From Candidatus Omnitrophota bacterium (lineage in GTDB: Bacteria > Omnitrophota > Gorgyraeia > 2-02-FULL-51-18), in the NCBI GenBank assembly GCA_016206825.1, contig JACQQY010000001.1:1-48864 (forward strand): a stretch of 48,864 nucleotides of DNA. Reading direction: 5' to 3'. The translations under genes and the position numbers were made by a program. This document shows positions 9,295 to 18,513 of the stretch, piece after piece. Numbering within the stretch: position 1 is the first letter of the stretch; each line of letters begins with the position of its first letter. A model generated the notes under the pieces. The model had not been told where the DNA came from. It saw only the letters and a program-made list of their open reading frames with translations, and did no database searches.

Positions 9295-9585
9295 ATGAGT
9301 CACATCGATCTCCGATACACGTCGCATTTGGCGAGGCTGGGTTTTAAGCCGGAAGAGCTGAAGGTGTTTGGGCCGCAGGTGGACAAGATCCTTCATTTCG
9401 TGGAGCAGTTGAACAAGGTGGACGTGGAAGGCGTCGAGCCGACGAGCCACCCCCTGCCGCTGGCGAACGTGTTTCGGGAAGACAAGATCGCGCCTTCGAT
9501 CGAAATGGAAGAGTTCCTTCAACACTGCCCTTCAAGACACGGCTCGTTTTTTAAGGTGCCGAAGATCATCGAAGAAAAATCCTAA
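9295..9585 (+). CDS. gatC: Asp/Glu-tRNA(Asn/Gln) amidotransferase subunit C
   Basis: MSHIDLRYTSHLARLGFKPEEL... is the typical GatC N-terminus, and the gene is followed by gatA and gatB. The ORF-track start 9274 (TTG) would lie inside the promoter. Confidence 0.85.
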   Translation: MSHIDLRYTSHLARLGFKPEELKVFGPQVDKILHFVEQLNKVDVEGVEPTSHPLPLANVFREDKIAPSIEMEEFLQHCPSRHGSFFKVPKIIEEKS

Positions 9586-9591
9586 ATCCCC

Positions 9592-11037
9592 GTGGATCTC
9601 GCTCAAAAGACCGTTTTTGAACTTTCCGAACTCCTGCAAAAGGGTTCCTGCGCTCCCGAGGACGTTTTGCGTTCGGTCGCGGAAGCGATTCGGACGAAGG
9701 ACGGCGCCGTCCACGCTTATGTCGATTTCGATCCCGAACGGTATTTGAAAAGATGGAAGAAGATGCCCAAGACTTCGTCGCGTCTTTGGGGGATTCCTTT
9801 CGCGGTGAAGGACAACCTTTGCGTCCGCGGCGAGGAGATTACCTGCGCGTCGAAGATTTTGAAGAATTTTATCTCTCCTTACCATGCGACGGTCATTGAA
9901 AAGTTGGAAGAAAAAGGGGCGATTGTCTTTGGCCGGACCAATATGGATGAATTTGCTTTCGGTTCGAGCTGTGAGACGTCTTGTTATGGGCCGACCCGGA
10001 ATCCGTGGGATTTGGAGCGGGTTCCCGGCGGGTCGAGCGGCGGGTCCGCCGCGGCTGTGGCCAATGACACGGCGGTTTTTGCTTTGGGAACGGACACGGG
10101 CGGTTCCGTCCGGCAGCCGGCTTCTTTTTGCGGAGTCACAGGGATCAAGCCGACCTACAGCCGGGTGTCGCGGTATGGTCTTATTGCGTTTGCTTCAAGC
10201 CTGGATCAAATAGGCCCGCTGACGAAGGACGTGCGGGATATGGCGCTCGTGCTCGAGGCCGCGGCGGGGCACGATCCGAGAGATTCCACCTCGGCAGACG
10301 TGCCGGTGCCCCGCTATTCGGATTTCCTGGGCCGGGACGTGAAGGGGATGAAGATCGGAATTCCGAAGGAGTATTTTCAAAAGGGGCTCCATGGGCTTCA
10401 CGGGGACGTAGAGGAGGCGATCCTAAAAGCGGTGAAAGTTCTCGAAGGGTTGGGGATTTCCGTCGAGGAGGTGTCCCTTCCCCTTACGCATTATGCGATC
10501 AACGTTTACTACATCGTCGCGCCGTCCGAGGCAAGCTCCAACCTTGCCCGCTTTGACGGAGTTCGTTTCGGCCGCCGCTCGGAGGTCCCGTCCGGTATGT
10601 TGGACATGTACGAGAGAACAAGGGGGGAGGGTTTTGGGGCGGAGGCGAAACGCCGGATCATTCTGGGCACTTTCAGCCTTTCCTCCGGATACTACGACGC
10701 TTACTATTTAAAGGCGATGAAAGTGCGGACGAAGATCATGCAGGATTTTAACGCGGCGTTTCAGAAGGTGGATGCGCTGATCACCCCCACGTCGCCTACT
10801 GCCGCTTTCAAGCTCGGTGAGAAGATGAACGACCCCTTGGAGATGTACCTCTCGGATATTTACACGATTTCGGCGAACCTCGCGGCCATCCCGGCCCTTT
10901 CGGTGCCGTGCGGTTTTTCGAACGAAGGCTTGCCCATCGGCCTTCAGTTTTTGGGAAAGCATTTCGATGAGGCGGCGCTGTTGAACCTGGCCTACGCGTT
11001 TGAACAGAGCACGGATTTTCATCGGAGGACGCCATGA
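9592..11037 (+). CDS. gatA: Asp/Glu-tRNA amidotransferase subunit A
   Basis: 481 aa with the amidase signature GGSSGGSAAAVA. GTG start. Confidence 0.95.
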   Translation: MDLAQKTVFELSELLQKGSCAPEDVLRSVAEAIRTKDGAVHAYVDFDPERYLKRWKKMPKTSSRLWGIPFAVKDNLCVRGEEITCASKILKNFISPYHATVIEKLEEKGAIVFGRTNMDEFAFGSSCETSCYGPTRNPWDLERVPGGSSGGSAAAVANDTAVFALGTDTGGSVRQPASFCGVTGIKPTYSRVSRYGLIAFASSLDQIGPLTKDVRDMALVLEAAAGHDPRDSTSADVPVPRYSDFLGRDVKGMKIGIPKEYFQKGLHGLHGDVEEAILKAVKVLEGLGISVEEVSLPLTHYAINVYYIVAPSEASSNLARFDGVRFGRRSEVPSGMLDMYERTRGEGFGAEAKRRIILGTFSLSSGYYDAYYLKAMKVRTKIMQDFNAAFQKVDALITPTSPTAAFKLGEKMNDPLEMYLSDIYTISANLAAIPALSVPCGFSNEGLPIGLQFLGKHFDEAALLNLAYAFEQSTDFHRRTP

Positions 11038-12500
11038 AAGGGGACGCCTCTCCTGAATTTCTAACCACGATAGGCCTTGAGGTTCACGCGCAATTGAGCA
11101 CCCGGACGAAGATCTTTTGCGGGTGCGAGGTGCGTTTTGGAAGTCCGCCCAACACGCTCGTGTGTCCCGTGTGCCTGGGGCTTCCGGGGGTCCTGCCGGT
11201 TTTGAACCGCGAGGTGTTTTTGCTGGGCCTGCGGGCCGTTTTGGCGTTTGGCGGGGCGCCGTCCAAACTGATTAAATTTGACCGGAAAAATTATTATTAC
11301 CCCGATCTCCCGAAGGGCTACCAAATTTCCCAGTACGACGCTCCGTTGGGACGCGGGGGATTTGTGGAAATCGAAACGAGCGGCGGTCCAAAAAGGATTC
11401 GCTTAAACCGCATTCATCTCGAGGAAGATGCAGGCAAACTGATCCACGATGCGGCGGCTGATTCAAGCCTCGTGGATTTGAATCGGGCGGGGGTTCCTTT
11501 GATCGAAATGGTGAGCGAACCCGATCTCGAGAGCCCCGATGACGCCCACGCGTATTTATCGACGTTGAAATCGGTGCTGAAAACCATCGGCGTTTCCCTT
11601 TGCGACATGGAAAAGGGGCATCTGCGATGCGATGCCAACGTTTCCGTGCGAAGGGCCGGAGACGCGGTTTTGGGCAAGAAGGTCGAAGTCAAGAACATGA
11701 ATTCCTTTAAAGCGGTGAAGGCCGCTTTGCAGTACGAAATTGGCCGCCAGACAGAAGCGCTGGGAAAAGGGGAAGGGCTTTACCAGGAGACGAGGCTTTG
11801 GGACGAAGCCAAGGGCATGACGTTTCTCATGCGTTCCAAGGAGGAGGCGCATGACTACCGCTATTTTCCCGAGCCGGATCTCGTGCCGTTTTTTGTCACC
11901 CAAGAGCAAATCGAGGCCGAGCGCCGCCGGATCCCCGAGCTCCCCCGCCAAAAGGCCGCTCGTTTTGCGAGCGCTTATGGGCTTTCCGCTTACGATGCGA
12001 ATCTTTTGACGCAGGATGAGGAGCCCGCCGAATTTTTCGAGACTTGCGCGAAGATTTATCCGGATTACAAAGGGCTGGCGAATTGGATGACGGGGCCGGT
12101 CTCCGCTTATTTAAATGAAAAAGCAGTTTCGCTTTCGCAAACGCGGCTGTGTCCTGAGACGCTCGTTGGCCTTCTCCAATTAGTGAAGGAAGGGAGTCTC
12201 AGCTTGCAGGCGGCGCGCGAGAAAGTGTTTCCCGAGGTGGTTGGAGACGGCCGGGATCCGAAAGAGGTGATGGAGAAAAAGGGGCTTTTGCAGGTTTCGG
12301 ACGAAGCGGCGCTCGACGAGTGGGTGGCGGAGGCGATTCGGAGCAATTCCAAGGTGGTAAATGATTTTAAGTCCGGCAAAGAAACGGCGGCAATGTTTTT
12401 GGTGGGCCAGGTGATGCGAAAGAGCGGCGGCAAGGCCAATCCGGGGAAGGTCCAGGAGCTTGTGAGGAAAAGATTGCTTGAGACGGCAGGTCCCGCATGA
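11034..12500 (+). CDS. gatB: Asp/Glu-tRNA amidotransferase subunit B
   Basis: 488 aa with IGLEVHAQL, CPVCLGLPGVLPV and a C-terminal GatB/YqeY domain. Four-nt overlap with gatA. Confidence 0.95.
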   Translation: MKGDASPEFLTTIGLEVHAQLSTRTKIFCGCEVRFGSPPNTLVCPVCLGLPGVLPVLNREVFLLGLRAVLAFGGAPSKLIKFDRKNYYYPDLPKGYQISQYDAPLGRGGFVEIETSGGPKRIRLNRIHLEEDAGKLIHDAAADSSLVDLNRAGVPLIEMVSEPDLESPDDAHAYLSTLKSVLKTIGVSLCDMEKGHLRCDANVSVRRAGDAVLGKKVEVKNMNSFKAVKAALQYEIGRQTEALGKGEGLYQETRLWDEAKGMTFLMRSKEEAHDYRYFPEPDLVPFFVTQEQIEAERRRIPELPRQKAARFASAYGLSAYDANLLTQDEEPAEFFETCAKIYPDYKGLANWMTGPVSAYLNEKAVSLSQTRLCPETLVGLLQLVKEGSLSLQAAREKVFPEVVGDGRDPKEVMEKKGLLQVSDEAALDEWVAEAIRSNSKVVNDFKSGKETAAMFLVGQVMRKSGGKANPGKVQELVRKRLLETAGPA

Positions 12501-13408
12501 AACGGCTGAGGTTCAGCAAGAGCCGGCGCGAGCGTTTGAAGCGGGCGGCGCGGATTTTGGGATGGACCGCTTTTGCGGCGGGGGCTCTTTTCTTTTTGAT
12601 GAAGAGCGATGCCGTTCACCGGACGGCGGAGGGTTTTCTGTCGCCGCGCCCCGAGACCTTTCCTCTCGAGAAACCGGGCATCCCTCCTGCTTTTGCTCCG
12701 AAGCGCCCGGAGATTTTGCCGAGGACAAAGGCGGCGAAGATGGCGATTATCCTGGACGATTGGGGGAATAATTTTTCTTTGCTGAAAGACGCCGTCTCCA
12801 TCCAAAGGCCTTTGACCGTCGCTATCCTGCCTCATTTGCCTCAGAGCCGTAGGATCGCCGAGGAGGCGCGCCGGCGGGGACTTGGGGTCATGCTCCATAT
12901 ACCGATGGAACCTTTCGGGGCAGGACAGCCCCTCGAGCCTCATACCATTTTCCGGACCATGCCGGACGACAAGATCGTTCAGTATTTGGAAGAGGCGCTT
13001 CGGAGCGTTCCGTATGTCGAGGGCGTCAACAACCATCAGGGTTCTGCCGCAACCACGGATCCTCGGGTCATGCGTACGGTTCTCGGCTATTTGAAGAGGA
13101 GAGGATTATTTTTCGTGGATAGTCATGTGATTTCAAAAACAGTGGGACCCCGGATTGCGGCGGAGGTCGGCATCGATTTCGCCGAGAGGGACGTGTTTAT
13201 CGATAACCAGGCGGAGAAAGAGGCGATCAAGCAGAGTTTACGCAAGGCCAAGGTTCTGGTTAAGCGCAAAGGAGAGGTTATTGTGATAGGGCATGATAAA
13301 AAACCGACCCTGCAGGCGATTAAGGAGATGATTCCGGAGTTGGAGAAAGAAGGAGTACAGCTCGTGTTGGTGAGGGAGTTGGTGAAAGGCGCTCATGGAA
13401 AATCATAG
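12497..13408 (+). CDS. Divergent polysaccharide deacetylase family protein (YibQ-like)
   Basis: N-terminal TM helix, then AIILDDWGNN...PLTVAILP...MLHIPMEP...NNHQGS, a pattern typical of the YibQ family. Confidence 0.75.
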   Translation: MKRLRFSKSRRERLKRAARILGWTAFAAGALFFLMKSDAVHRTAEGFLSPRPETFPLEKPGIPPAFAPKRPEILPRTKAAKMAIILDDWGNNFSLLKDAVSIQRPLTVAILPHLPQSRRIAEEARRRGLGVMLHIPMEPFGAGQPLEPHTIFRTMPDDKIVQYLEEALRSVPYVEGVNNHQGSAATTDPRVMRTVLGYLKRRGLFFVDSHVISKTVGPRIAAEVGIDFAERDVFIDNQAEKEAIKQSLRKAKVLVKRKGEVIVIGHDKKPTLQAIKEMIPELEKEGVQLVLVRELVKGAHGKS

Positions 13409-13444
13409 GTTGACAGCGGAGAACTCGTAGAAACGCGCGGCACG

Positions 13445-13504
13445 AAAAACTAAAAGATTTTTGAACGAAAATGGGCTCCTTCGTCGTCTTATAAAGTAGG
13501 GGAC
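13445..13504 (+). promoter_or_regulatory. Conserved accessory-gene leader element, copy A
   Basis: TTGAAC (13461-13466), 18 nt, CGTC (13485-13488), TATAAA (13490-13495). A CTCCT (13476-13480)/AGGGG (13498-13502) stem encloses a 17-nt loop. Near-identical copies occur at 40041-40114 and 41817-41888. Confidence 0.5.
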
Positions 13505-13540
13505 ATAAGGCGAACCGATGAGTGAAGGAGGGAAAAGGCT

Positions 13541-14362
13541 ATGGAAACAACCAAGATAGCGGTGTTTAAGGGTAAGAAGGTGAGAAAAACGATTCACAAC
13601 AACGAGTGGTGGTTTGTCATCGAAGACGTTATTTTTGCGCTTACCGATTCGGATGACCCGAAGCAATACATTCAGCGCATGAAACAGCGCGATTCGGAAC
13701 TGGTGAAAGGGTGGGTACAATTTGTACATACCCTTTCTGTCTCGACGGAGGGCGGCAACCAAAAGATGAATTGCGCCAATACTGAGGGTGTTTTTCGTAT
13801 CGTCCAATCCATCCCCTCTCCCAAGGCCGAGCCTTTTAAACGCTGGCTGGCGAAAGTCGGTTATGAGCGTATCCAAGAGATCGAGGATCCTGAGCTTGCC
13901 ACTAAAAGAACCCGAGCTTTGTATAAAGCCAAGGGGTATAGCGATGCTTGGATTGAGAAGAGAATGCGCGGCATTGCGGTTCGGGAGCAATTGACGGGTG
14001 AATGGAAAAGCCGCGGGGTAAAAGAGGATAAGGACTATGCCATTTTGACCGCTGAGATTTCCAAAGCGGCTTTTGGCATGACACCCGCCGAATACAAAAA
14101 ATTTAAAGGCCTGGACCGAGAAAACCTCAGAGACCATATGACTGATCTTGAATTGATTTTTTCCATGTTGGGGGAAGCGGCTACAACAGAAATCGCGGTT
14201 AATAAGGATGCTCGGGGGTTTGAGGAGAACCAAAAGGCCGCTCAAGAAGGCGGCGGGGTTGCGGGAAAGGCCATGCAAGATTTGGAGAGCAAAAGCGGTA
14301 AACAAGTGGCTGCCAAGGAGAATTATTTGATCGAACCGCAGGATAAAAAGGCAATAAGATGA
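13541..14362 (+). CDS. Bro-N domain protein (DinD/antirepressor-like)
   Basis: The N-terminus IAVFKGKKVRKTIHNNEWWFVIEDVIFALTDS is Bro-N-like. The conserved SIPSPKAEPFKRWLAKVGYERIQEIEDPE block is typical of a widely dispersed Bro-N/DinD-like family. GC is visibly lower than in the neighbours. Confidence 0.7.
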   Translation: METTKIAVFKGKKVRKTIHNNEWWFVIEDVIFALTDSDDPKQYIQRMKQRDSELVKGWVQFVHTLSVSTEGGNQKMNCANTEGVFRIVQSIPSPKAEPFKRWLAKVGYERIQEIEDPELATKRTRALYKAKGYSDAWIEKRMRGIAVREQLTGEWKSRGVKEDKDYAILTAEISKAAFGMTPAEYKKFKGLDRENLRDHMTDLELIFSMLGEAATTEIAVNKDARGFEENQKAAQEGGGVAGKAMQDLESKSGKQVAAKENYLIEPQDKKAIR

Positions 14363-15390
14363 TCACTCTTGGGATTGAGACTTCCTGCGATGAGACGGCG
14401 GCGGCTTTGGTGAAGGGCGGGAGGGAGGTTTTGGCTTCGGTCGTTTTTTCGAGCTTGGAGGAGCACAAGGAGTTCGGCGGGGTGGTGCCGGAGATTGCCT
14501 CCCGTTCTCACGTGGAAGCGGTTCTCAAGTGTTTGGATTTGTGTTTGAAAAAGGCGAAGATTCATTTGAGGGACATCGGCCTTATCGCCGTGACGCAGGG
14601 ACCGGGGCTCATGGGGTCGCTTCTGGTGGGTCTTTCGGCGGCCAAGGCGCTGGCGCTGGCGCTCGGCAAACCTCTGGTGGGCGTGGATCACGTGGTGGCG
14701 CACGTTTACGCGGGATTTTTGACCGATGAGAAGCTTTCGTTTCCGTGTTTGGGATTTGTAGTTTCGGGCGGCCACACGGTCCTCGCGCGCATGGACAGTC
14801 CCAGCCGGTTTAAAGCGCTGGGCGCCACGGTCGATGATGCGGCAGGGGAGGCCTTTGACAAGGTTGCAAAAATTTTGGGTTTGGGGTATCCTGGAGGCCC
14901 TGAAGTGGACCGGCTGGCCCGCGGCGTCCGTTCCACCCGTTTTTTCTTTAAGAGACCCATTCTTTCACGAGAGTCTTTGAATTTCAGTTTTAGCGGCATC
15001 AAGACGGCTGTGTTATACGAAGTCCGGAAGCTGCGCAGTGAACAGGAAAGACGGAAGGCGGCCAAGGAAATCTGCGCCGCTTTTCAGGAATCCGTGACGG
15101 AAGTTCTCACCGAAAAAAGCATCCAAGCGGCCAAATCCCAGAACTTGAAGGCGATCGTGGTGGGCGGAGGGGTGAGCGCCAATTCCCGGCTTCGGGAAAA
15201 GCTTTGGGCCCGCTCCAGGAAAGAGGGCATTCGAGTCGTTTTTCCTCCGCTTCCCCTGTGCCGGGATAATGCCGTGATGATCGCGGGGCTTGGCCGAGCG
15301 CTTTATGCGGAAGGCAAAAGGGACACGCTTGAGATGGGAAGTTATTCGGATTTTGAGGAGTTTTTGCGAAGCGCAAATGCCGGAAACTAA
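14359..15390 (+). CDS. tsaD: tRNA N6-adenosine threonylcarbamoyltransferase
   Basis: MITLGIETSCDETAAALV..., and GVDHVVAHV metal-binding histidines. Confidence 0.95.
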   Translation: MITLGIETSCDETAAALVKGGREVLASVVFSSLEEHKEFGGVVPEIASRSHVEAVLKCLDLCLKKAKIHLRDIGLIAVTQGPGLMGSLLVGLSAAKALALALGKPLVGVDHVVAHVYAGFLTDEKLSFPCLGFVVSGGHTVLARMDSPSRFKALGATVDDAAGEAFDKVAKILGLGYPGGPEVDRLARGVRSTRFFFKRPILSRESLNFSFSGIKTAVLYEVRKLRSEQERRKAAKEICAAFQESVTEVLTEKSIQAAKSQNLKAIVVGGGVSANSRLREKLWARSRKEGIRVVFPPLPLCRDNAVMIAGLGRALYAEGKRDTLEMGSYSDFEEFLRSANAGN

Positions 15391-15745
15391 ACAGAGCGAT
15401 TCTCTCGAAGATTATTGGGACATCCACCAGGCGGCCGAGATCCTGGAGGTCAGCGAGGAAGAGCTTTGGGACCTCGTTCACCGGCATAAGATCCCCACCC
15501 ACACCGTCGGTGGTTTCTTTCTTCGGTTTAAAAAAGAAGACATCGACCACCTGAAGAACAAATGGAGGATCGAGCGCGAGCTTTTTCCCAAAAGAGGACG
15601 TTATTTTGCTCATCAAAGCGCCTTTGGCGGGCCGCCTCCCGGTTTTTCCGAGAGGCTCAAGGATTTCTGGTACTTCAATGATTTTTACATCCTTTGCGCG
15701 GCTTTGATCATCGCGCTCTTATACTTCATCTTGTTTTCGCAATGA
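15377..15745 (+). CDS. Membrane-anchored helix-turn-helix (excisionase/MerR-like HTH) protein
   Basis: An internal ATG at 15377 (14-nt overlap with the tsaD end) gives 122 aa. IHQAAEILEVSEEELWDLVHRHKIPTHTVGGFFLRFKKEDID resembles the excisionase-type HTH. There is a single C-terminal TM helix (FYILCAALIIALLYFILF). Confidence 0.55.
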   Translation: MPETKQSDSLEDYWDIHQAAEILEVSEEELWDLVHRHKIPTHTVGGFFLRFKKEDIDHLKNKWRIERELFPKRGRYFAHQSAFGGPPPGFSERLKDFWYFNDFYILCAALIIALLYFILFSQ

Positions 15746-15761
15746 CTTCCAGAGGATTGAA

Positions 15762-18509
15762 ATGAGAGTGGTGCTGATCGACGGGAATTCGTTTTGTTAC
15801 CGGGCGTTTTACGCGATTCCGGGGCTTCGGACGTCGAAGGGGGAGCCGACGAACGCGGTGTATGGTTTTATCACGATGCTGGAGAAGATCTTAAAAGAGA
15901 TCGATCCCGAGGGGATTGCGATTTCCTTTGATTTAAAGGGTCCCACTTTCCGGCATAAGCGCTATGAGGCCTACAAAATCCACCGCCCGCCCATGCCGGA
16001 TGAGCTTGTCTTTCAAATGCCCGTGATTAAAAAGGTGGTCGGGGCTTTTCGCATCCCCATCTTTGAAAAAGAGGGTTACGAGGCGGATGACGTGATGGCG
16101 ACTTTGGCGAAGAAGCTGGAGGCGAAGGGGCATGAGGTTTACATCGTCACGGCCGACAAGGACGCCCTGCAGCTTGTGAATGCTTCCATCAAGGTGCTTA
16201 ATCCCCAGAAGGAAAATTTTATTTACGACGAGGAAAAAGTGAGAGAGCGTTTCGGCGTGGAGCCGGGGCGCGTGGTGGAAGTGATGGCGCTCATGGGCGA
16301 CGCCTCGGACAATATTCCCGGGGTTCCGGGCATCGGCGAGAAAACAGCCGCGAAGCTCATCACCGAGTTTGGCACGCTGGACGAAGTGTTTCGTCATCTT
16401 TCGAAAGTAAAGCCGGATCGACTGCAGGAAAGCTTGAAAAAATATGAGGAGGAGGCGCGGCTTTCGCGGGAGCTGGCTCAAGCGGACTGCCGGGTGCCGC
16501 TGGACGTGGACGTGGAGGCCCTTCGGCGCGGCGAACCGGACTTGAAAGAGTTGGCCGGGCTTTACACGGAACTTGAGTTCAGGAGCTTGTTGAAGAACCT
16601 GCCGGTGAAGCAGGAGAAGGATTTGGATCCGGGGCTTCATTACCGTTTGATTCAGGATCGGGACTCTTTCGAGGCGTTTCGGAAGAGGCTGGCGAAGGAA
16701 GAGGAGTGGGCGTTCGATTTCGAAACGACCGGCACCGATCCCCTTTTGGCGATGCCCATCGGAATTTCTTTTTGCTTTAAGGAAAAAGAGGCCGCGTACG
16801 TCAGCTTTCAAAAACCGAAAGAAGCTTTCCGCCCGGCGCAAGGGGCAGCGGACTTTTTTGAAACCCGGCGCGTCGAAGAAGGCCCGATGAGCGCAGGGGG
16901 TTGTCTCGGATCCTTGAAGGAGCTTTTTGAGGACCCGCAGATCCGGAAGATCGGCCAAAATCTCAAGTATGAGATCGTTATTTTGAAAAATTTCGGAATC
17001 AGGCTGGCCGGCGTTTTCTTTGACACCATGGTGGCTTCCTATTGTTTGAACCCCAACAAGCCCAATCACAATTTGGACGACATCGCTCTCGAATATTTGG
17101 GCGTCCGGATAACGCCCATCACGGATCTCATCGGTTCGGGAAGGAACCGGATTTCCATGGAAGAGGTGGACCTGGAGCGCTTGTTTCGCTATGGGTGTCA
17201 GGACAGCGACGCCGCTTACCGCGCTTCCAAGGTGTTGAAGAAGAAACTGAAAGAGGAGGGTCTGTGGGATTTGTTTGAGGAGATGGAACTGCCGCTCGTG
17301 ACGGTGCTGGCGGACATGGAAGCCGCCGGCGTGGCGATCGACCAAAGGCTTTTGGCTGAATTCTCCCAAGAGATGGAGAAGAGCCTTCGGGCCTTGACGC
17401 GAAAGATCTGCCAAGAGGCGGGGCAGGAGTTCAACATTAATTCCCCCAAACAGCTCGGAGAAATTTTATTTGTAAAATTGGGGCTTCCTGTGGTAAAAAG
17501 AACCAAGACAGGCGCTTCGACGGACGTTGAGGTTTTGCAGGAACTTTCCGAAATTCATCCTCTTCCAAGGGAAATTTTAAAATTCAGGGAACTTTCGAAG
17601 CTAAAATCAACTTATGTGGACGCCCTTCCGGCGCTCGTGAATCCGAACACGCATCGGGTCCACACGTCTTTTAACCAGACGGTGACGGCCACTGGAAGGT
17701 TATCCTCGAGCGAGCCGAACCTCCAGAACATTCCGGCAAGGACGGAGGAAGGGCGTAAAATTCGAAGGGCTTTTATCGCCGGTTCCAAAGAGGCCGTTTT
17801 GGTTTCCGCCGATTATTCTCAAATCGAGCTTCGCGTCTTGGCCCACCTTTCAGGGGATGAGAACTTGACACGGGCTTTCCGTGAGGGCGCGGACATTCAC
17901 CGCTATACCGCAAGCCTTATTTTCAACGCGCCGATGCCGGAAGTGACCGAGGCGATGCGGGATTCGGCTAAAACGGTCAATTTCGGAATTCTCTATGGCA
18001 TGGGCGCCTTTAGTTTGGCGAAGAGCCTCGGGATTTCCAATGAGGCCGCGCGGGATTTTATCAAAGCTTATTTCGACCGGTACCCCCGTGTGAAGGAATT
18101 TTTGGAGAGTCTCGTGGAAAAGGCGAGGAAAGAGGGTTTTGTCTCCACGGCCTTTAAAAGGCGCCGCTACATTCCGGAGATTTCATCCCGGGATGCGCGT
18201 CTGAAGAGTTTTGCGGAAAGGACCGCGATCAACGCCCCCATCCAGGGAACGGCCAGCGACATCATCAAGATTGCCATGCGGCGGATCGCCGGCAGACTGG
18301 AAAAAGAAGGCTTTCTGTCGAAGATGATTTTACAGGTCCACGATGAGCTTGTTTTTGAAGCGCCGCGGGAGGAGCTGGGGCGGCTCGTGCCGATGGTGGT
18401 TCAAGAGATGCAGGGAGCGGTCTCCTTCAAAGTCCCGCTTCAAGTTTCCGTGAAGGCCGGGCCGAATTGGCTGGAGATGGAGGAAATAAGTCCGTCACGG
18501 GAGGGATAG
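15762..18509 (+). CDS. polA: DNA polymerase I
   Basis: 915 aa with a 5'-3' exonuclease N-terminus, a 3'-5' exonuclease region, and polymerase motifs DYSQIELRVLAH and QVHDELVFE. Confidence 0.95.
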   Translation: MRVVLIDGNSFCYRAFYAIPGLRTSKGEPTNAVYGFITMLEKILKEIDPEGIAISFDLKGPTFRHKRYEAYKIHRPPMPDELVFQMPVIKKVVGAFRIPIFEKEGYEADDVMATLAKKLEAKGHEVYIVTADKDALQLVNASIKVLNPQKENFIYDEEKVRERFGVEPGRVVEVMALMGDASDNIPGVPGIGEKTAAKLITEFGTLDEVFRHLSKVKPDRLQESLKKYEEEARLSRELAQADCRVPLDVDVEALRRGEPDLKELAGLYTELEFRSLLKNLPVKQEKDLDPGLHYRLIQDRDSFEAFRKRLAKEEEWAFDFETTGTDPLLAMPIGISFCFKEKEAAYVSFQKPKEAFRPAQGAADFFETRRVEEGPMSAGGCLGSLKELFEDPQIRKIGQNLKYEIVILKNFGIRLAGVFFDTMVASYCLNPNKPNHNLDDIALEYLGVRITPITDLIGSGRNRISMEEVDLERLFRYGCQDSDAAYRASKVLKKKLKEEGLWDLFEEMELPLVTVLADMEAAGVAIDQRLLAEFSQEMEKSLRALTRKICQEAGQEFNINSPKQLGEILFVKLGLPVVKRTKTGASTDVEVLQELSEIHPLPREILKFRELSKLKSTYVDALPALVNPNTHRVHTSFNQTVTATGRLSSSEPNLQNIPARTEEGRKIRRAFIAGSKEAVLVSADYSQIELRVLAHLSGDENLTRAFREGADIHRYTASLIFNAPMPEVTEAMRDSAKTVNFGILYGMGAFSLAKSLGISNEAARDFIKAYFDRYPRVKEFLESLVEKARKEGFVSTAFKRRRYIPEISSRDARLKSFAERTAINAPIQGTASDIIKIAMRRIAGRLEKEGFLSKMILQVHDELVFEAPREELGRLVPMVVQEMQGAVSFKVPLQVSVKAGPNWLEMEEISPSREG

Positions 18510-18513
18510 TTTT

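Noticed and set aside
13461-13495. Reading TTGAAC ... TATAAA of the conserved element as a standard sigma70 -35/-10 pair.
   Set aside because: The spacer is 23 nt in all three copies, far outside the 16-18 nt window. No better -35 sits 17 nt upstream of TATAAA (GAAAAT in copy A).
15933-17414. Long antisense ORFs: 493 aa opposite polA; also 36052..37590 opposite dnaE, 5847..6794, 12107..13036, 13403..14305, 26440..27348, 44480..45136, 45835..46833 and 47718..48344.
   Set aside because: All lie fully inside, and antisense to, well-supported conserved genes. Their translations are Arg/Pro/Gly/His-rich low-complexity strings typical of shadow ORFs in GC-rich coding DNA, and none has a recognisable motif or SD.
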